Shown: positions 1 through 11,533 of the stretch, piece after piece
Layout of the letters: every line of letters starts with the position of its first letter
How positions within the stretch are numbered: the first letter of the stretch is position 1
Origin: Polymyxa betae A26-41
Taxonomy: Eukaryota > Protista > Endomyxa: Phytomyxea
Length of the DNA: 49,318 nucleotides
NCBI GenBank assembly: GCA_003693705.1
Contig: RBZT01000691.1
Location: forward strand, 1 to 49,318
Direction of reading: 5' to 3'
Translations under genes and position numbers: made by a program
Notes under the pieces: generated by a model
The model's input: the letters and a program-made list of their open reading frames with translations, nothing else
What the model was told of the DNA's origin: nothing
Database searches by the model: none

Positions 1-15
1 GCTCGGATTACGCCA

Positions 16-1383
16 ATGAAGATTCGCATCAAACAGGATGCTGAGCTGCCGAGGGCGCGAGCGAAACGTTATCCGCCCCACCACAGGGCGTTTCTTTCTG
101 AAATTGTGTCGGAGCTGGAACGGAACGGGTTCGTGCGACGGAACCCGAATGCATGCTGTTCCTCTCCCGCGCTGGTTGTCGCGAAGCCAGGCAAACAGGG
201 CTACCGCATGACCGTGGATTTGCGTGCTGTGAACGCGATCACGATCCCGTCTTCGTGGCCGATGCCTATATTCGAGGTGATTATGGCTCATCTATCTGGA
301 GCCGCCAGGTTCGCGGTTCTGGATGCTTTCAAATGTTACTGGCAGTTCCCAGTGGACCCTGATTGCCAGGAGTACCTCTCGTTTATGACGCATGATGGTG
401 TTTTCACATCGGATCGTGTTATTCAAGGAAGTACTGACGCAGTGGGACATTTTCAGGCCGGAATGCAGGAAGCTATTGGGGATGAGTTACTCTATAGTTC
501 GGTTCTGATATGGATTGACGACCTGCTGGTTATAGCGAAATCTGACGAAGATTTAGTGCAGGCCCTACGAAAGGTCTTCGAACGCTTACGCTTATTTGGG
601 ATTAAGCTGAATGCGACGCGGTGCGTGTTGTACACGACCGAGGCAAAGTGGTGTGGCCGTACGATATCGGAACGTGGAGTGGCTTATGGCAAGGCCATGA
701 TCGATGGTTTGGTGGCCTTACCGCCGCCGGCGACCGCAGCGGATCTGCAGAAGTTCGTCTGTGGATTGAGCTGGATGCCAACGTCGATCCCGAAGTTCTC
801 GACAATCGTCGCGCCGCTGCAGGATCTACTAAAGCATTGTATGCAGTTAGCGAATTCGAGCACACGAAAAGCTCTATCGACCATACCGTTAACTACAGCT
901 GGATTTTCCGAGAAGCATGCTTGTTGTTTCGAGGATTGTAAGGATGTGATCGCGAAGGCTGTGATCTGGGCGCATCCTAAAGATGACACGATGTTTTGCT
1001 TGTTTGTTGACGCCAGCAAAGATCACTGGGGTATCATGCTGACACAAACAGATCCGGAGATGCTGAAGAAGAGGGATATCGCCGACCAGGGGCACGAGCC
1101 TTTGGCCTTTCTTAGTGGTACGTTTCGAGGCGCTCAGCAGAGATGGGCCATCATTGAGAAAGAAGCCTTTCCCATTATGGAGGCTACGATTTGCCTGAAG
1201 CATTTCTTATTAAGGGACAAAGGGTTCACCATTTTCACTGACCATAGGAATTTGGTCTATATATTCGACCCGGAACGCCGAGCTGTGAATGAAGCGAAGC
1301 ACACCAGCGATCGGCTATGGCACTGTCGTGCTCAGCTACCTGGGAACAATTTCAGGACTGTCGTCATCAAACCAAGCCAATAA
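16..1383 (+). mobile_element. Ty3/gypsy LTR retrotransposon pol fragment (RT + RNase H); truncated, no integrase
   Basis: 455-aa ORF with gypsy RT motifs (YRMTVDLRAVN, LDAFKCYWQ, QGS, WIDD) and RNase H motifs (LFVDAS, EKEA, FTDHRNL). Homology stops abruptly at about 1320. Confidence 0.93.
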
Positions 1384-2090
1384 ACGTAGCGGATATGCTG
1401 TGATGACGAATAATGGTCCGACCCATGCTGGAACAATCGCTGGATATTTGGAATCAGCGACAATTGTTTTGACATATCCTGGCGTATTTACCTCAACCGG
1501 ATGAGCATGCGGTCCACAATTGCATCTAATTGGAAAAATCTTCGGACCTTTGGCACTGGCAGAACTGCAGCTCCTGTGAAATTTTATTGGAAGTTGGAAG
1601 CAGAAGAGGGGACATGCAGCGTTCGTTCGATATCGGCAGCGATATAACAGAGTCCGTGACAGCAATCGTTCCTTGGTCCACCATTTCCAGAGCGTCAGTT
1701 GCTCGACGTTTCACGAAATCTGGATCGGCCCCATCTGGCGATGAGACTAGCCTTGATACGATTGTCAGAGAAGCCCTGACAATGATCGCCGAAATCAGCT
1801 GAAGAGGTATATTGCGATCCAATCGCCGTTACTGGCTTGAAGTTCCTGATCAATGGCTGTTTTCAGATCAGTTAATAGAGCGCTCATTAGGTGAATGAAA
1901 TGTCAATGGATCGCGAATCGATCAAGAGAAGATTTGAAGATTGATCTGTACGTTCGGACTGCGCCTGGAGTTTCCCATTCGTTACGCTCCAGGGATAATG
2001 CACTTCGGAAAATGGGTTAGTCGATCGTTGATTTATTGGGTTACAGGAAGACGTCTCGATAGAGCCCAGTTGGATCTACGTAATATATTT
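1336..2090 (-). pseudogene. Decayed unidentified coding sequence between the gypsy and hAT insertions
   Basis: Overlapping minus-strand ORF pieces (1336-1665, 1526-1822) with protein-like composition; no recognisable motif. Confidence 0.2.
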
Positions 2091-2162
2091 TATTGTAACA
2101 TAGTTATGCACTGTAAATGAATACGGATATTTCATATTTGATGCGAGAGGGTGGGTTACATT

Positions 2163-2879
2163 CAGGCCACTTTAAATAGTGTCCTTGTATGGGACGCTCA
2201 CTAAATATCACTAAATAATTTTTGTGGCGAGCATTAAATAAGCGCAGCCCAGTCCGTGGCGCATCTAGGGGTAGCGTGTGTTTCTCTCTCTTTCGACGTT
2301 TTACGTGGGAATAAATCATCTTTTTGGATATCAGTTTCAGCCATGGACCATGGTTGGTTACAAGCAGGGCCCTGCTTTCAACAAGGACCATTGCACTGAA
2401 TTTGGTGCGAAAATCACTGCCAGAGATCCTGACAGCCAACTTGTTATTTCGGTTCGCTGTTTTCTGTGTTTATTCTGGGAAGAAAGAGAATGTTGGTGGG
2501 AAACGCATGCGGACCACCAACGTCAAGTACTTTGAAAAGTTTCGGACCCAATACTATATAAACAGCATCTAATGCATAATCTGATTGGGAACAGTATCAG
2601 CTATGTTCTGTTGAGGAGAAGCGACAATATTTCGAGGGCAAACAGAATCTACAGAGCACGCTTCTTCGATAATTCGAAAATGAGGATCAGACCGTCTCCT
2701 CATATGAAGAAATCGTTCATGCCGATCAGTCCTTCGCATTGCAGTCGTTTTGAAGGAGGAATAGAGTCTATTACTGACAATCCAGGCGGTTTCACTAAAT
2801 AACACTAAACAACTTTGGCGGCGAGCACTAAATAAGCTATTTAGGTAAATAGGGCAAAATCACTATTTAAAGTGGCCTG
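2163..2879 (+). mobile_element. Non-autonomous hAT-type DNA transposon (internal deletion derivative)
   Basis: Perfect 19-bp TIRs CAGGCCACTTTAAATAGTG (2163-2181) and CACTATTTAAAGTGGCCTG (2861-2879). 8-bp TSD with one mismatch: GTTACATT (2155-2162) and GTTCCATT (2880-2887). Subterminal CACTAAATA repeats. Frameshifted transposase-like N-terminal remnant (KITARDPD...KRMRTTNVKYFEKFRT). Confidence 0.88.
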
Positions 2880-3770
2880 GTTCCATTACAACCGTTGATT
2901 GCGGACAAGTCTATAAGACTTGTCGCGTTCTTTTTATGCTTCAAAAACCTCGGACCGAAATCCAATCCTTATTCCCTTGAATTTTGCTAACACCAGGCAG
3001 TTTTCGAATACTGTAGAAGGCCCATTTGTCTTCTACTCAGATACAGTATTCGGGTAGTGTGAACCAGCTACCGTACAAGGTCGCCAATGCACCCAGCGGC
3101 TACTAATTGATCGATCTTTCCGTTAACACGTCGCAGGGTCGTTTGCTGATCGAAGAGATATTCGATAGAATGAGTCTCCGGTAGGATTGAAATAGAATCC
3201 CTGGTCAAAGTCGTGATCGGACACAAGCAGAACACAGGACGAATATACAGCCCGGTTGAGACGGAGAGGAAACGGAATCGATCGCTGTCGCTTGGCCAAC
3301 GGATCAGGGACAAAATAAGCAGTTTTCCAAAGGGCCTCCGCACTGTTTCTAAGATTTAATGAGCAATAACGCACAGTTTATGTCATGCCTCATGCGTGTT
3401 TTTGCAAGCAGAGTTTTCATCAAAACATTTTCTGGCATACTCTAGAGCTGAAAATAGCACATTTTTGGGAGATATGGCTCAGTAATTAACAATCATACCG
3501 CCGGCCAGTACAACCACTGTAACATTACAGGGATACCCAGTCGTCACGCATCCACCCTTTTCTTCATTCGTTTCAGTGAAGGGTTAATCCGTGCGGCCCT
3601 TCCGCCTTGGTACTACCTGTGTAACATGATTGTTTATTAAAAGGAAATCTGAGTTACAGTCATCGTCTCATCGAAGACAAATGGATGATCCAGTGATATT
3701 AATCCAGACACCGAAACTGCGAGTAAGTCACAAACTATTCAGATCTTGTGTTGTCCGACCATTAGAGATC

Positions 3771-5114
3771 ATGAATATTGTTATTGGGATCGCTGCTCTC
3801 CTGTCCGTGACGGCATCCGCCACCCAGAGCTTCGCCGAACCCAGCCATGGTCGCGTCCCTGCCAGCGAGGACAACATCGAGACGGGTTCCAGCCTCGGCG
3901 CTGCACCCGTCGTACTGACCCCGTCCAGCGGATCGTTTGATCATCCCGGACATGATCTGGAGTTTGAGCTCATCGTTGAGCACGCCGAGTTCGGTTATGA
4001 ACTGGCTTTGAAGTTCGCCCAGGTCAGCAAAAGAAGCTACGAATATGTCCGGGGACCGACTTCATGCTGAGTGGCTGCGCGAGCTCACAGAACGCAGGTC
4101 GTCGGATAGCGACTTCCTGGAGACATGTCGGGAGCTGTTCGCGCGTCCGGCCGCCGTTTTTCCCCGACTTCTTCACCGACGAAGCGGCCGCCCTCTTCTT
4201 GAGTCGTCTCCAGATGGCAGCGCGTCATTCACCGGATGCCGTCCTGGATCTGTTCACGAAGAGCGCGATCGGACGGATCCCGTCAGTTGTCAAATTGATT
4301 CCCGGTTGGGCCGTATCCATCCTCATATCGGACAATTGTTCTTCCAATTTATTCCCGATAAGAGAGGCTCTGGAGGAATTCGAGCAGCTGCTTCTTGAAA
4401 ATTTTCGGCTCGATGTCCTCGGCCAGTATTCCTGAGGACATTCTCCAAGAGATCCAGCAAAATATCGGCAATCTGAGGGGCAATGAGATCCTAGCTGATC
4501 TTCCGGGTCACTTGCAACGACTATCTGCCTGTCTTCGCAGTAATACGGCATCCAGCGTTTCCACGATTACAGCAAAATATTTTCGATCACGCCCAGATCT
4601 CCTTAAGACCTTGTTCTTTCTCGGACTCCCTTTTAATCTGTCGAAATTGAAACTCGTCGACTTCTCGGCCCTCGAGTTGCAGAGTGCCTTGCCTTTCGTG
4701 ACTAAGGCGGACTCTGCCCTGCATGAGCAGATTCAGGAGCTGATCCTGTCCGAACGTTTCGACGTGATCGCCGCCATCATTGGATGTGAGAACTTCAAGT
4801 TTGGGTCCAGTTACTTGATCTACAACATCATACTGGAGCTGATTAACGCCGAGGGCCAGCACGGCCTCCTACGCGCTCTGCTGCAGACGCCGTTCCCGGT
4901 AAGCCTGCTCCACCAAGTCGCCGCGATAAAATATCGGAGCCCGATTCTGCACCATGCCGTACAGGTCGGCAATGCCGCGGCCGTTCATGAGCTGCTGTCA
5001 ATCAAGGGACGGATCGATTTGAACGTTCTCGATTTTCAGAACCGCACTGCCCGTTCTTATGCTGATGACGGTTCGGAGATCGCGATTTTATTGGATGGTC
5101 CGAGCTCTGTGTGA
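3771..5114 (+). pseudogene. Signal-peptide protein with C-terminal ankyrin repeat (effector-like); three +1 frameshifts, either pseudogene or sequencing indels
   Basis: MNIVIGIAALLSVTASA signal peptide at 3771. The reading frame steps 3>1>2>3 at GGGG 4051-4054, TTTTT 4157-4161 and GG 4421-4422. C-terminal SPILHHAVQVGNAAAVHELL...DLNVLDFQNRTARSYA is an ankyrin repeat. Confidence 0.72.
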
Positions 5115-5149
5115 TATCTTGGAGAATGTGGTGATGCTCTGTAATTAGG

Positions 5150-6122
5150 CGCGTCTCTGGTAAACTCCTCCTTGTTGCTAATCTGACTGTTGTGCCTGTG
5201 CTCTGTTGCTATGAAAAACCCAGTTCGTCTGGCTAGCTTGGGATTACAAGCCTCCCCTCGACGTTATGTTCAAGTATGGAGGTAAACCCGCTCTGGACTC
5301 ATCTTCCAGTACGGCTCCTGTTGAGAACGGTTGCCCCATCATGAAATCGGTCTGACAAATAAACTGTTCGTTACTGTTCATCAAATCTTCGAAAACAGTG
5401 CGGAAGCCCTTTGAAAATTGGAAACCTGCCCCTTCTGTCCTTGGTTCGATCAATAACAAGACACAGGTTGGTGATTAACACGACGCTTTTAGGCAGTTTC
5501 GGAAACGTGGGAAGAGAGAAACATGAAAGATCGCTGAAACTCTCAATACCGTGTAGCGAAACAACAGCTTCATCGGACGTCTTCATAATGCACAAGAGCA
5601 ACATTCGCCTTGTACGTCAATGCACCCAACGATCAATTCAGACTGTCGCTCGGAATCGTTCGAACAGCACTACTCGAGCTCTAACGAAAGACGGCGCACC
5701 CTCAATAAGCCGTTCTAACTGCCAAGTGTTCATAAGAACAATATCCGTTCAGATAACATTACAATCTGGTGTCTATTGACCAAGAGAGATAGTAACTGTA
5801 GTTGTAGCGATAAGAGCATAAGAGATGTTGGACATCGATACAGTAGGCAGTTTGGAGCGCCCATGTCTACCTGAGCCGACCGAGATTTGCACACCTGTCT
5901 GCAGCACGATCTTGAGAAATGTCAGAAACCGCCAGGACAGCCTTGAAAATAAAACAACGAAATGCTGCAAAGCAGCTCGTGGATATGGCTCGCCCTGCAA
6001 ATGAATGATTTTTCTAGCTGCATTAGACCGCTGTTGGCAATCCACGACCCCTTCCCTTGATCCATAATCAAAGACAAAGCATCACGATCTGCAAGGATGG
6101 CGTTCAGCTTAGTGACATCCAA
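5150..6122 (-). pseudogene. Degenerate coding remnant, probably transposon-derived
   Basis: Chain of short overlapping minus-strand ORFs with stops and frameshifts. The SRGGL-(x)-IPS motif resembles C-terminal regions of some DNA transposases. Confidence 0.25.
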
Positions 6123-6231
6123 TCCTCCTTAAAACATTGATGGAGGGATTGATATCATTGAATGATGTCTGAGTCATGCTCCAGCTACCTCGGTTCCGAT
6201 GTCCGTCCATTCTCCAGGTCTAATATCGACC

Positions 6232-7027
6232 ATGAACGTGTTTGCATTAGCCGGTGATGTTCTCCATCTGGCAAGCATCTTTATCTTGCTTGTGAAGATC
6301 TTCTCATCTCAGAGCTGCCGCGGTATCTCATACAAGACCCAGCTTCTGTATGTGATCGTTTTCGCTACTCGATATGTGGATCTCCTGAATTTCTTCCGGA
6401 TGATATTCTTGGATCTCGAGATGCCTGATATGGAGAAAATCTACCTGAATATGATGAAGGTATTCTGCAAGTTCAGGAACCGAGAAACATTAGCTAATCG
6501 ATTATTTTCAGATTATTTACATCAGTTCGTCGTCATTCATCGTCTATGTTATGCGAAACAAATCGCCCTGGAAGGAAACGTACGACAAATCAGGCGACTC
6601 TGTGCGATTACCGCTGATCATCGTCCCTTGCATGATAATGGCGTTCGTCTGGAACGAACAGCGCACTGTCGAAGAGGTAATTCGTTTACAAAGAGCGATG
6701 CCATGCTGAGCGAAAATCTAGATCCTATACACGTTCTCGCTGTGGCTTGAAGCTGTCGCTATCCTTCCACAGCTCTACATCGTACATCAGATGGCCAAAG
6801 ATGCTGGCGGCTTCGTGGAGAATCTGACGTCGCATTACGTGTTCACGCTGGGTGGATATCGGGTCATGTACGCTGCCAATTGGATCTACAAGGCTTGCAC
6901 GTTGTCCAACTACTGGCATCCCATTATCTGGGTCACCGGTATATTGCAATCTTTGATCTATCTGGATTTCTTCGCATATTATATTACTGCCAAAGTCAGC
7001 GGCAAAGATGTGCTTTTACCAGTTTAA
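6232..7027 (+). CDS. ERD2: ER lumen protein-retaining (KDEL/HDEL) receptor, copy 1
   Basis: Exons 6232-6459, 6512-6676 and 6722-7027 with GT-AG introns. Motifs GDVLHL, SCRGISYKTQLLY, TRYVD, LEAVAILPQL, TSHYVFTLGGYR, NWIY, YLDFF. Confidence 0.95.
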
Positions 7028-7668
7028 ATACATACAGTTATGATAAGAAAGTCTCATCTGTAACTTCCAGCTGTCCAACAGCTGCTCAGAAGAAAGGCTT
7101 CGACTTCGGCCGACCTCTGTATAGAACCCGGCATTGAAACGACTATGATATCATTGGAGCTGTGAATCGATAATCAAGGTGTGCGCAAATCTGACCTTAA
7201 GAAACAGGGAAGAACGGTTAGAAATGTGTCTGAAACTTAGTCGATCTAAATGAGAAACTCGGCTACGATTTAGATCCGGCGACTACCCGAGTATCCATCG
7301 CAATCGTGGCATGATTGCCGGCGTCGTTCAGAACCCGATCCGAACATGAACCAGCATAGACAGACATCCATTGTACTATTAGCGGCGACGTATCCTGTGG
7401 CCGACCCTGCCATGGCTTGGTCGTTCAGGCCCGACGATCTGCGACTTGCTCAGAAACCGTTCGGTTCCAGACATGCGCTGGTCGTGTGAATCTAGACGAC
7501 CATGTCGATGGACGAAGATCGATGAATGAAGGAAGCGATTATAAAGAGTTTACAAATTTAAGTAAAAAAAAGGGGTTTTGTCGTTTGACAGTGAACCATT
7601 GAACAGTGAGTGAGATGGAGGCGACGGCGTCCGAGGTTCGGTTGCTGTCCTGTCTGTACATTCCATTG

Positions 7669-8621
7669 ATGTTTTCAATTCGTGTTCTGATAGTTCTTCT
7701 ATCATTGGAATTTGCTGCACCCGCCATCGAACGCTACCCGATCCATGTCTACCAACCTGGGACCGACCAGCCGTATCCATTTGGAACGGAAGAGCAGGCG
7801 GAGAAGCTTCTTGACGAGGCCTCGCTCGAATCGCCTCGACACTGGATGCTCGGGATCGTGCTGTGATCTTCCATGGCTCTATGGACTGTGGGAAATCAAC
7901 CGTCATCGAGCGTCTATTGAAAAAGCCTTATGAAGAGCAGGCGTCTGGAAGCATCCAAATCGGTTCACATTCTGATGAATGTATTCTGTACAAGCTACCA
8001 GTGAACCACGAGAACAATTTCTATCTTCTAGATATGCCCGGATTCGGAGAGCCATCCAAGGAAGGCAGGGCCAGGGAGGCAGCCGCGCCGCCACAAGCTC
8101 TGGCAAAGTTGGAAAGCCTCCACGCTCCCTTAGATCGGCTCTATTTAATCCTGGATCCGGATGATTTCGAACGTATTGATGAATATTTGCAGTTTCTGGA
8201 GCAGCATTACCCGAATCATTTCCTCAAGAGCACCCGAATCATTGTGAACAAATGCGACGGTTTAGCAGACAAGGGCCGAACTTACATCGAAGAGCGATTT
8301 ATTCCGTCTCTTCGAAGCAAGCTGCAGCCGTATTTCGGATCTGAATCTATCAAGATCATGTTCATCTGTGCCGACGCGAACTCGAAGGAACCCTGTCTCG
8401 GGCAGCTGATCGACGATTTCTGCGACTTCGAGCCCGATACGACCGATGACGTCGGTGAATCCGACGCCGAACAACTCCTGAATACGATTGCGTCGGAGGA
8501 ACCCGAAGACGTTCCTGTACAATCCGCTGACGACAATGATCCACGTCCTCCAGAAGTCCAGACGGCTTCGCTTTCTAAACGTGAATTCAAAGGTTTGCGC
8601 ATCTCCTGTTTGGTTTCGTAG
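7669..8621 (+). CDS. Signal-peptide P-loop GTPase with C-terminal CAAX; one -1 frameshift near 7815-7862
   Basis: MFSIRVLIVLLSLEFAAPA signal-like N-terminus. G1 GSMDCGKS, G3 DMPG, G4 NKCD, G5 CA. Acidic linker; ends KREFKGLRISCLVS*. Confidence 0.75.
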
Positions 8622-8861
8622 CTTAGTAACTGCTGGTCTCAGGATTCGTCCGGTGCCTCATCATCTCCATCGGTGGCTCTGTAATTCTGGTTATGTTACT
8701 TAGCTATGCGGCCAGGAGTTTCTATGCTGCTCGTCGTGCAAGAATCCCACGATCTCTGGAGCCCGTCATTTATCATTAACCAGATTCCCAGACCTTCAAT
8801 GAAATGAACTGCTCTGTTTGATTCACCGACTTTCTGAACCACGATCACTCTGTCTTTAGTG

Positions 8862-9050
8862 CGCTGCACCGAGATTTCCTTCGTGGTCGTCTGAGCAGTT
8901 GATGAATGAGATCGCCGAGAGCAAGGCGATGCTGGAAGCAGCGGAGGCGAATGAGACACCCAATAAAGTTCTAACCCTCGAACTTTACAAGCAGCTAACC
9001 GTGCTCAATAAGCTTCTGCCAAAACAGGGTAATTATACGTAGTCCAATAT
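8862..9050 (+). pseudogene. Short coiled-coil-like exon fragment
   Basis: Open frame AAPRFPSWSSEQLMNEIAESKAMLEAAE...LELYKQLTVLNKLLPKQ ending at a GTAATT donor; no full gene is evident. Confidence 0.2.
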
Positions 9051-9661
9051 TTTCTCATAGTTCGTATTTGTAGTGCTATTGTGGCGGCTTTTCATTCAGT
9101 TTTTTTACCGACTGAAAGCCAAAATCGAAGATTTGATTGACGTTAATAAACTGGTTCACTTATTAATAAAATGCATTATCCCCGTCGCCGATATTCACGG
9201 TTTTAATTTAATCTGAAAAAGTTTTTTTTTGTGTTTATCGTTCCAAAACAAGTGTTCGATCAAGGCTGGACGTCGGAACAGCGACTACCGAACTCGGTCG
9301 GTTGCGGCAACGTTGTCATTAATCAATATGTCCTTGCTATTGATTGGCGCGAAATGTAATGTCGCTATAGCTTCCATACTCCTTAAGTCCTCTCAGATTG
9401 GCTGAGAACCTGCAAGCGAGAATCGTCCAATGCCTTAGAACAAACAAATTTGCAGTCGGTAATCCCCGATATGAATGCTGCTACCTACCTTCAAGGAAGT
9501 ATTATCAATTGTGAATGTCCCGTTTCAAATGATCATCTTTGAGCGAAATCGTGATGGCAGAAGCCTTTACTTTCTCCTACTTGGGAGGCTCCTTCATTAT
9601 CATAAAAGAAAATCTTTACGGCTTTTATTTTCGACTCTCTTTAAATTCATACTGATAAACA

Positions 9662-10272
9662 ATGTCAAAGCGCAATGCTGTCGAATATGTGAAACAGGTC
9701 GTGAACATTAGTGAGGCCTGGCATCTTGGCTGATCGGTGTCCAGGTGCCAAAATTCTTACAGCAATACCAACAGCAGTATCCTGAACTCACAGCGAAGTC
9801 GACATTGCATGCGGCAGCCGATGCCCATGACGCTCGTGAAGAGGAAAGGAATGCCAAGCATCGGCCTCAAAATGTACAGCTGCCTGTCGTCGTGAATTTG
9901 GATGAATTCCAAAATGAGCTCAACCAACCAAAGAACGCTTTGTTGTTGGCAGAGATTACAACAGGACTCGATCCTGATCAATTGGCGGCGCACGTTGAAC
10001 AGCAAAAGGAGGCTGCCGAAAACAAAACAGATTCTGAGCAGCCAAAGGAAGAACAGAAAGAGATTCATGCTGTTCAAGAAGAGAAGCAAGAGCCATCGGC
10101 TGAAGAGCTTGCAGAACGGGAAAGGATTCAACAGATTGAAAGCGAAGGTCGTCATGCTTTTCGTGCAAAGCAGAAACCGTCGTCAGTTTTTGAAGATGGC
10201 AAACGACCTCGAAAAAAAATCGCTAAAGGTCGCGAACGACAAGTTAATGTATTATCGTTCGATGATGATTAA
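9662..10272 (+). CDS. DUF4604 / KIAA1143-like protein
   Basis: Exon 1 9662-9697 (MSKRNAVEYVKQ), intron 9698-9744, exon 2 VPKFLQQY... with family-typical C-terminal VLSFDDD*. Confidence 0.8.
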
Positions 10273-10645
10273 AAGGCTTCTCGTGAGAGCGAAATTGGTT
10301 CATTGAGCCAATCTGTTTCCGGGGCTTCACCGATTTCAGGGCGGTCTTCCCGCTCGCCTTCTTCGCAGGGCACTAATGGGCGCCAACGACCCGCGATCGA
10401 ATCCCAGATCTGAACCTCGGACTCTAGTTCGTGAATCGCCGCTTGTAGTCGTTCTGTCGTGCTTGGCTGTCCTGGTTGAGGTTCATATCGCCATTGGCTG
10501 TTGGCCGAACTGGATTGGACCAGCAATTCGTTGTCATTTTGGTTTCTCAGCACTCGGTTAATCCTATTTGCATTCATCATCGTTATCGGTTTGAACCAGT
10601 CGGAACTTGGGCTGAATCCGGTTGACTCAATACTTTTACTGATCT
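10269..10645 (-). CDS. Hypothetical protein, last exon (upstream exons probably extend to about 11200)
   Basis: Open frame following a CTAG acceptor, with a coiled-coil-like segment (ERLQAAIHELESEVQIWDSI). Upstream exons were not resolved. Confidence 0.45.
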
Positions 10646-11533
10646 AGAATCGTATATAGCTGAAATGTTTATCCGACAGACGCTTTTGTAAGAGAGATGA
10701 ATTCGGAATGGATTGTATAGAGGTTTCTAGGCCGCCAGGAAGTTGCCTGCCAGTTAGACTTTGAATTCTGGTTAAAACTCGCTCTCCTTATTAAGCACAT
10801 CATGTATTAGATAGTGCTCTAGACCAACTGGTCCATGGTCAATGAAGATCGTACAGAAGCTGGCTGAGAACTTCGAGATACAACGGCGTAAGAAGACTAC
10901 ATGGACGCATCAGGTCGCCGAAGCTCTACACGACATCAAACATGTTGAAGGCTGCAAGAAGCAAGAGAAACTCTATCTGCTGAAGACAATCCGTTTCGCC
11001 TAGCAAGGAGGGTTGCGTTGAAGACGATATTGTCAAGACCTTAATTCGTTGTTTGGTATAATTTTTAGATTTTGCCTGATGCCGATGTATCACAGCTCGA
11101 TTTTCTCAAAATGCATTCTGGAAGAGCAATTGTCATGTATAGGGTATACCATTGATTGATAACGTCAATACAAACTGGGCTGCCTTACGAGAACGGTAAT
11201 CCGATGGCATCGTTAGCTATAGTATTCCCTCCTTCAGGATTCGGAGCGGGTGTTCAACAGCAAGAGCCCATTATCCCGCCTTGGCTAACGAACTGTCGAT
11301 CACAATTTGCAATGTCAACAATTGGCTAACTGAATCAATATCAACCAAGGTGTGAATTTGGCGAGCTCTTGATGGCAACTCTAGAATGTGGTTTTTAAGT
11401 CTCAGACAATATCGTAATTCAAAGATTCATATCATGAGGCTTTAAATTTTGAAGCAGATTGAAGCGGAATACGTGGACAGGCCACAGGGACACTGTGCCT
11501 TCTGTATGACAGTCTGGCTCCATTCTCTTAGTA

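Noticed and set aside
4051-4422. Programmed ribosomal frameshifting as the explanation for the broken genes
   Set aside because: The shift sites share no slippery motif or adjacent stop, and directions differ between genes. Sequencing indels or decay are simpler.
9240-9600. Possible structured ncRNA (snRNA, RNase P/MRP) in the intergenic region
   Set aside because: Only partial look-alike words; no convincing conserved boxes or helices by eye. An Rfam scan would be needed.
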